Part shown: positions 62,534-64,000 of the stretch, piece after piece
Numbering within the stretch: the stretch's first letter is position 1
Layout of the letters: each line of letters starts with the position of its first letter
From: the human T2T-CHM13v2.0 reference genome, Homo sapiens
Assembly (NCBI RefSeq): GCF_009914755.1
Contig: NC_060941.1
DNA length: 64,000 bases
Direction: 5' to 3' (one strand)
Translations under genes and position numbers: made by a program
Notes under the pieces: model-generated
What the model saw: the letters and a program-made list of their open reading frames with translations, nothing else
The model's database searches: none
What the model was told of the DNA's origin: nothing

Positions 62534-62875
62534 GCCCGTGAGGTGGCACCAGTGCCCGGGAGGAGGCCCGAGGACACAGATGCCCTGCCTGCCCGTGGGA
62601 TAGCACCGGCACCCGGCGAAGGCCCAGCCCCCCCGGGAGGTGGCACCGGCGCCCGGCGAACGCCCGACGACCAGGATGCCCAACCCGCCCGTGAGGTGGC
62701 ACCGGCGCCCAGTGAAGGCCAGACGACCAGGATGCCCAGCCCGCCCGTGAGGTGGCACAAGCGCCCGGCGAAGGCCCGACGACCAGGATGCCCAGCCCGC
62801 TCGTGGAGTGGCACCCGCGGCTGGCGGAGGCCCAGCCCGCTCGTGAAGTGGCACCGGCGCCCGGCGGAGGCCCGC
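62534..62875. repeat. GC-rich minisatellite (VNTR), 7 units of 40 or 56-57 bp
   Basis: Units start at 62534, 62591, 62631, 62687, 62743, 62799 and 62839. Core is gcccgtgaggtggcaccggcgcccggcgaaggccc; long units add gacgaccaggatgccc. Confidence 0.9.
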
Positions 62876-62938
62876 GGTCCTCACCAGCCGGATCAGCGGC
62901 CGCCGTTGCCCAGCCTCCTGCCCCACACGCGGCCTTAC

Positions 62939-62990
62939 CGAGGCACTGCCCCACTGGTGTGCTGAACGGGTTCCCCAGGAGGAACTCCAT
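62939..62990 (-). CDS. TOM1L2: TOM1L2 exon 1 coding part (start of VHS domain; 17 codons + 1 nt, phase-1 intron)
   Basis: Translation MEFLLGNPFSTPVGQCL matches the TOM1L2 N-terminus I recognise, which continues E-KATD in exon 2. Strong Kozak context (ccaagATGG). Followed directly by canonical donor G|GTAAGG at 62938. Lies in a CpG island. Confidence 0.95.
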
Positions 62991-63090
62991 CTTGGGTGGA
63001 CAACACGCAGCGGCCCGGGCCCCCTGTCTGCCACCTAGGCCTCCGCTGTAACCCGCCGGACTCCCGTCCTGACTGACACTTGCCCCCTCC
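62991..63090 (-). other. TOM1L2: TOM1L2 exon 1 5' UTR (TSS approximate)
   Basis: GC-rich segment between the ATG and the GC-box/CCAAT cluster; the exact TSS cannot be read from sequence. Confidence 0.6.
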
Positions 63091-63512
63091 CCACTCTCTG
63101 GAACGCCGAGCTTAGGGCCTTTGGCCCCGCCCCCTTGCCGCGTCTCTATTGGGGGACACCTACGAAGCCCGCCTCCTATTGGTCGTTACACCTCTGTCTG
63201 CAAAGCCCCCACCCACCCCGCAGCGTCCGATTGGGCGGAGGAGCGAGCTAGGTCACCGGAGTCCCTGTCAGCCGTGGCGGCACCTCCCCTGGCCCGCCCC
63301 CAAAGGGGAAGCTGCGCATTTTGATTCCTCTGTATATTGGTCAATCTAAAGGATTCTTACTATTATTGGACAAGAGACGAGTCAATCACGCAAATGGACG
63401 GAACAGAGGTGAATCTAGGAATATCCCCGCCCATAGAAAGTACTGATTGGAGAAACATTTGTTTTCTCTACGGCTGGTTGGTGTAAGGAGTGTTTCACCA
63501 CACGGAGATGTG

Positions 63513-63522
63513 GTCACGTGAC
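63513..63522. promoter_or_regulatory. Perfect palindromic CLEAR/USF E-box GTCACGTGAC
   Basis: Exact 10-bp palindrome, the consensus for TFEB/TFE3/MITF and USF1/2. Confidence 0.75.
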
Positions 63523-63559
63523 TTGTCAACTTTCACCCAGGATGTCTCCCTTCTGACTT

Positions 63560-63651
63560 CCCCTTAGCAACCAAGTCGCAGCGCTTGGTTCCCCAGCAAC
63601 CGGGAGACGCGTCTGCTGCGTGGAACCGCCGAGTTCCCAGCGCTTGAGAAG
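63560..63651 (+). other. DRC3: Non-coding first exon of the divergent gene, probably DRC3 (LRRC48); start approximate
   Basis: Strong donor AAG|GTGAGA at 63651/63652 within the CpG island, with RFX X-boxes typical of motile-cilia genes. Identity rests on the known head-to-head TOM1L2/DRC3 order, not on protein sequence. Confidence 0.7.
63561..63600. promoter_or_regulatory. Tandem RFX X-box motifs
   Basis: GTTCCCCAGCAAC (63588-63600) and half-site TAGCAAC (63565-63571) resemble GTNRCC-N0-3-RGYAAC. Confidence 0.7.
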
Positions 63652-64000
63652 GTGAGACGTGGGAGCTGAGGCTCCCGGAGGACTTGCAGGGACAGATAGT
63701 GCCCGACGTAACTCTTTCCTGTGACCTTTTTCTCGGAGAACGCCGGCCCGGCCCTTCTCATTTATAAAATGAGCACGTAGGTCCTCTCCCAGCCACTTTA
63801 CAGTCGTGCTGAGACAGCCAAGACACTTTAGTCCTGGGCTTGTCAAGCTTTTGAATAAAAAAAAAAAAAAATACTAAGGAAGCATTTCCCGAGGGAGCAG
63901 GGCCAGAATGGATTTTTAAGGGGTTCCGTCTTCCAGCCTCCTTTCATAGAAAGAGAGGTACCCGGTCCACTGATAACTTTTCCCAGAATTTAGCCATCAT

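Larger units (their letters stand above)
63090..63600. promoter_or_regulatory. TATA-less bidirectional promoter: GC boxes plus six ATTGG (CCAAT/NF-Y) boxes
   Basis: ATTGG at 63148, 63178, 63230, 63336, 63365 and 63446; GC boxes ccccgcccc at ~63125 and ccccgccc at ~63425. The divergent exons are under 1 kb apart. Confidence 0.85.
62480..63810. promoter_or_regulatory. CpG island spanning both first exons
   Basis: High GC and dense CpGs compared with the CpG-depleted intron. Confidence 0.9.

Noticed and set aside
62534-62875. Repeat-spacer appearance resembling a CRISPR array
   Set aside because: Eukaryotic context, no cas genes, and the apparent spacers are themselves repeated; this is a minisatellite.
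62196-62990. 264-aa ORF starting at the TOM1L2 ATG, and overlapping 277/140/104-aa ORFs
   Set aside because: Only the first 17 codons are TOM1L2. The rest is read-through of a canonical donor into a GC-rich VNTR, where stop codons are rare in all frames.

Overview
Hominid (human-type) genomic DNA, almost all non-coding. The right end holds a CpG-island bidirectional promoter. On the minus strand, TOM1L2 exon 1 (ATG at 62990, MEFLLGNPFSTPVGQCL, donor G|GTAAGG) points leftward. On the plus strand, a short non-coding first exon points rightward; from known 17p11.2 gene order it should be DRC3/LRRC48. Positions 1-62938 are TOM1L2 intron 1, and exon 2 is not visible in the window. The intron is dense in repeats: about 45 Alu/FLAM/FRAM copies, old L1M/L2/MIR pieces, MaLR/ERVL LTRs, one full-length SVA and one LTR12 solo LTR; the last two are sense to TOM1L2. 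I found no new protein-coding system, and nearly all ORFs in the track derive from Alu, SVA or GC-rich repeats. The best leads are regulatory: (i) a shared promoter with a perfect CLEAR/E-box, RFX X-boxes and six CCAAT boxes between two cilia-linked genes; (ii) a 40/56-bp VNTR carrying co-oriented CTCF-like motifs; (iii) an in-frame alternative donor; (iv) a sense SVA with exon-trap architecture; (v) a sense LTR12 that appears to have lost both AATAAA hexamers; (vi) an orphan poly(A) insertion with a TSD. Repeat subfamily calls and boundaries were made by eye and are approximate.
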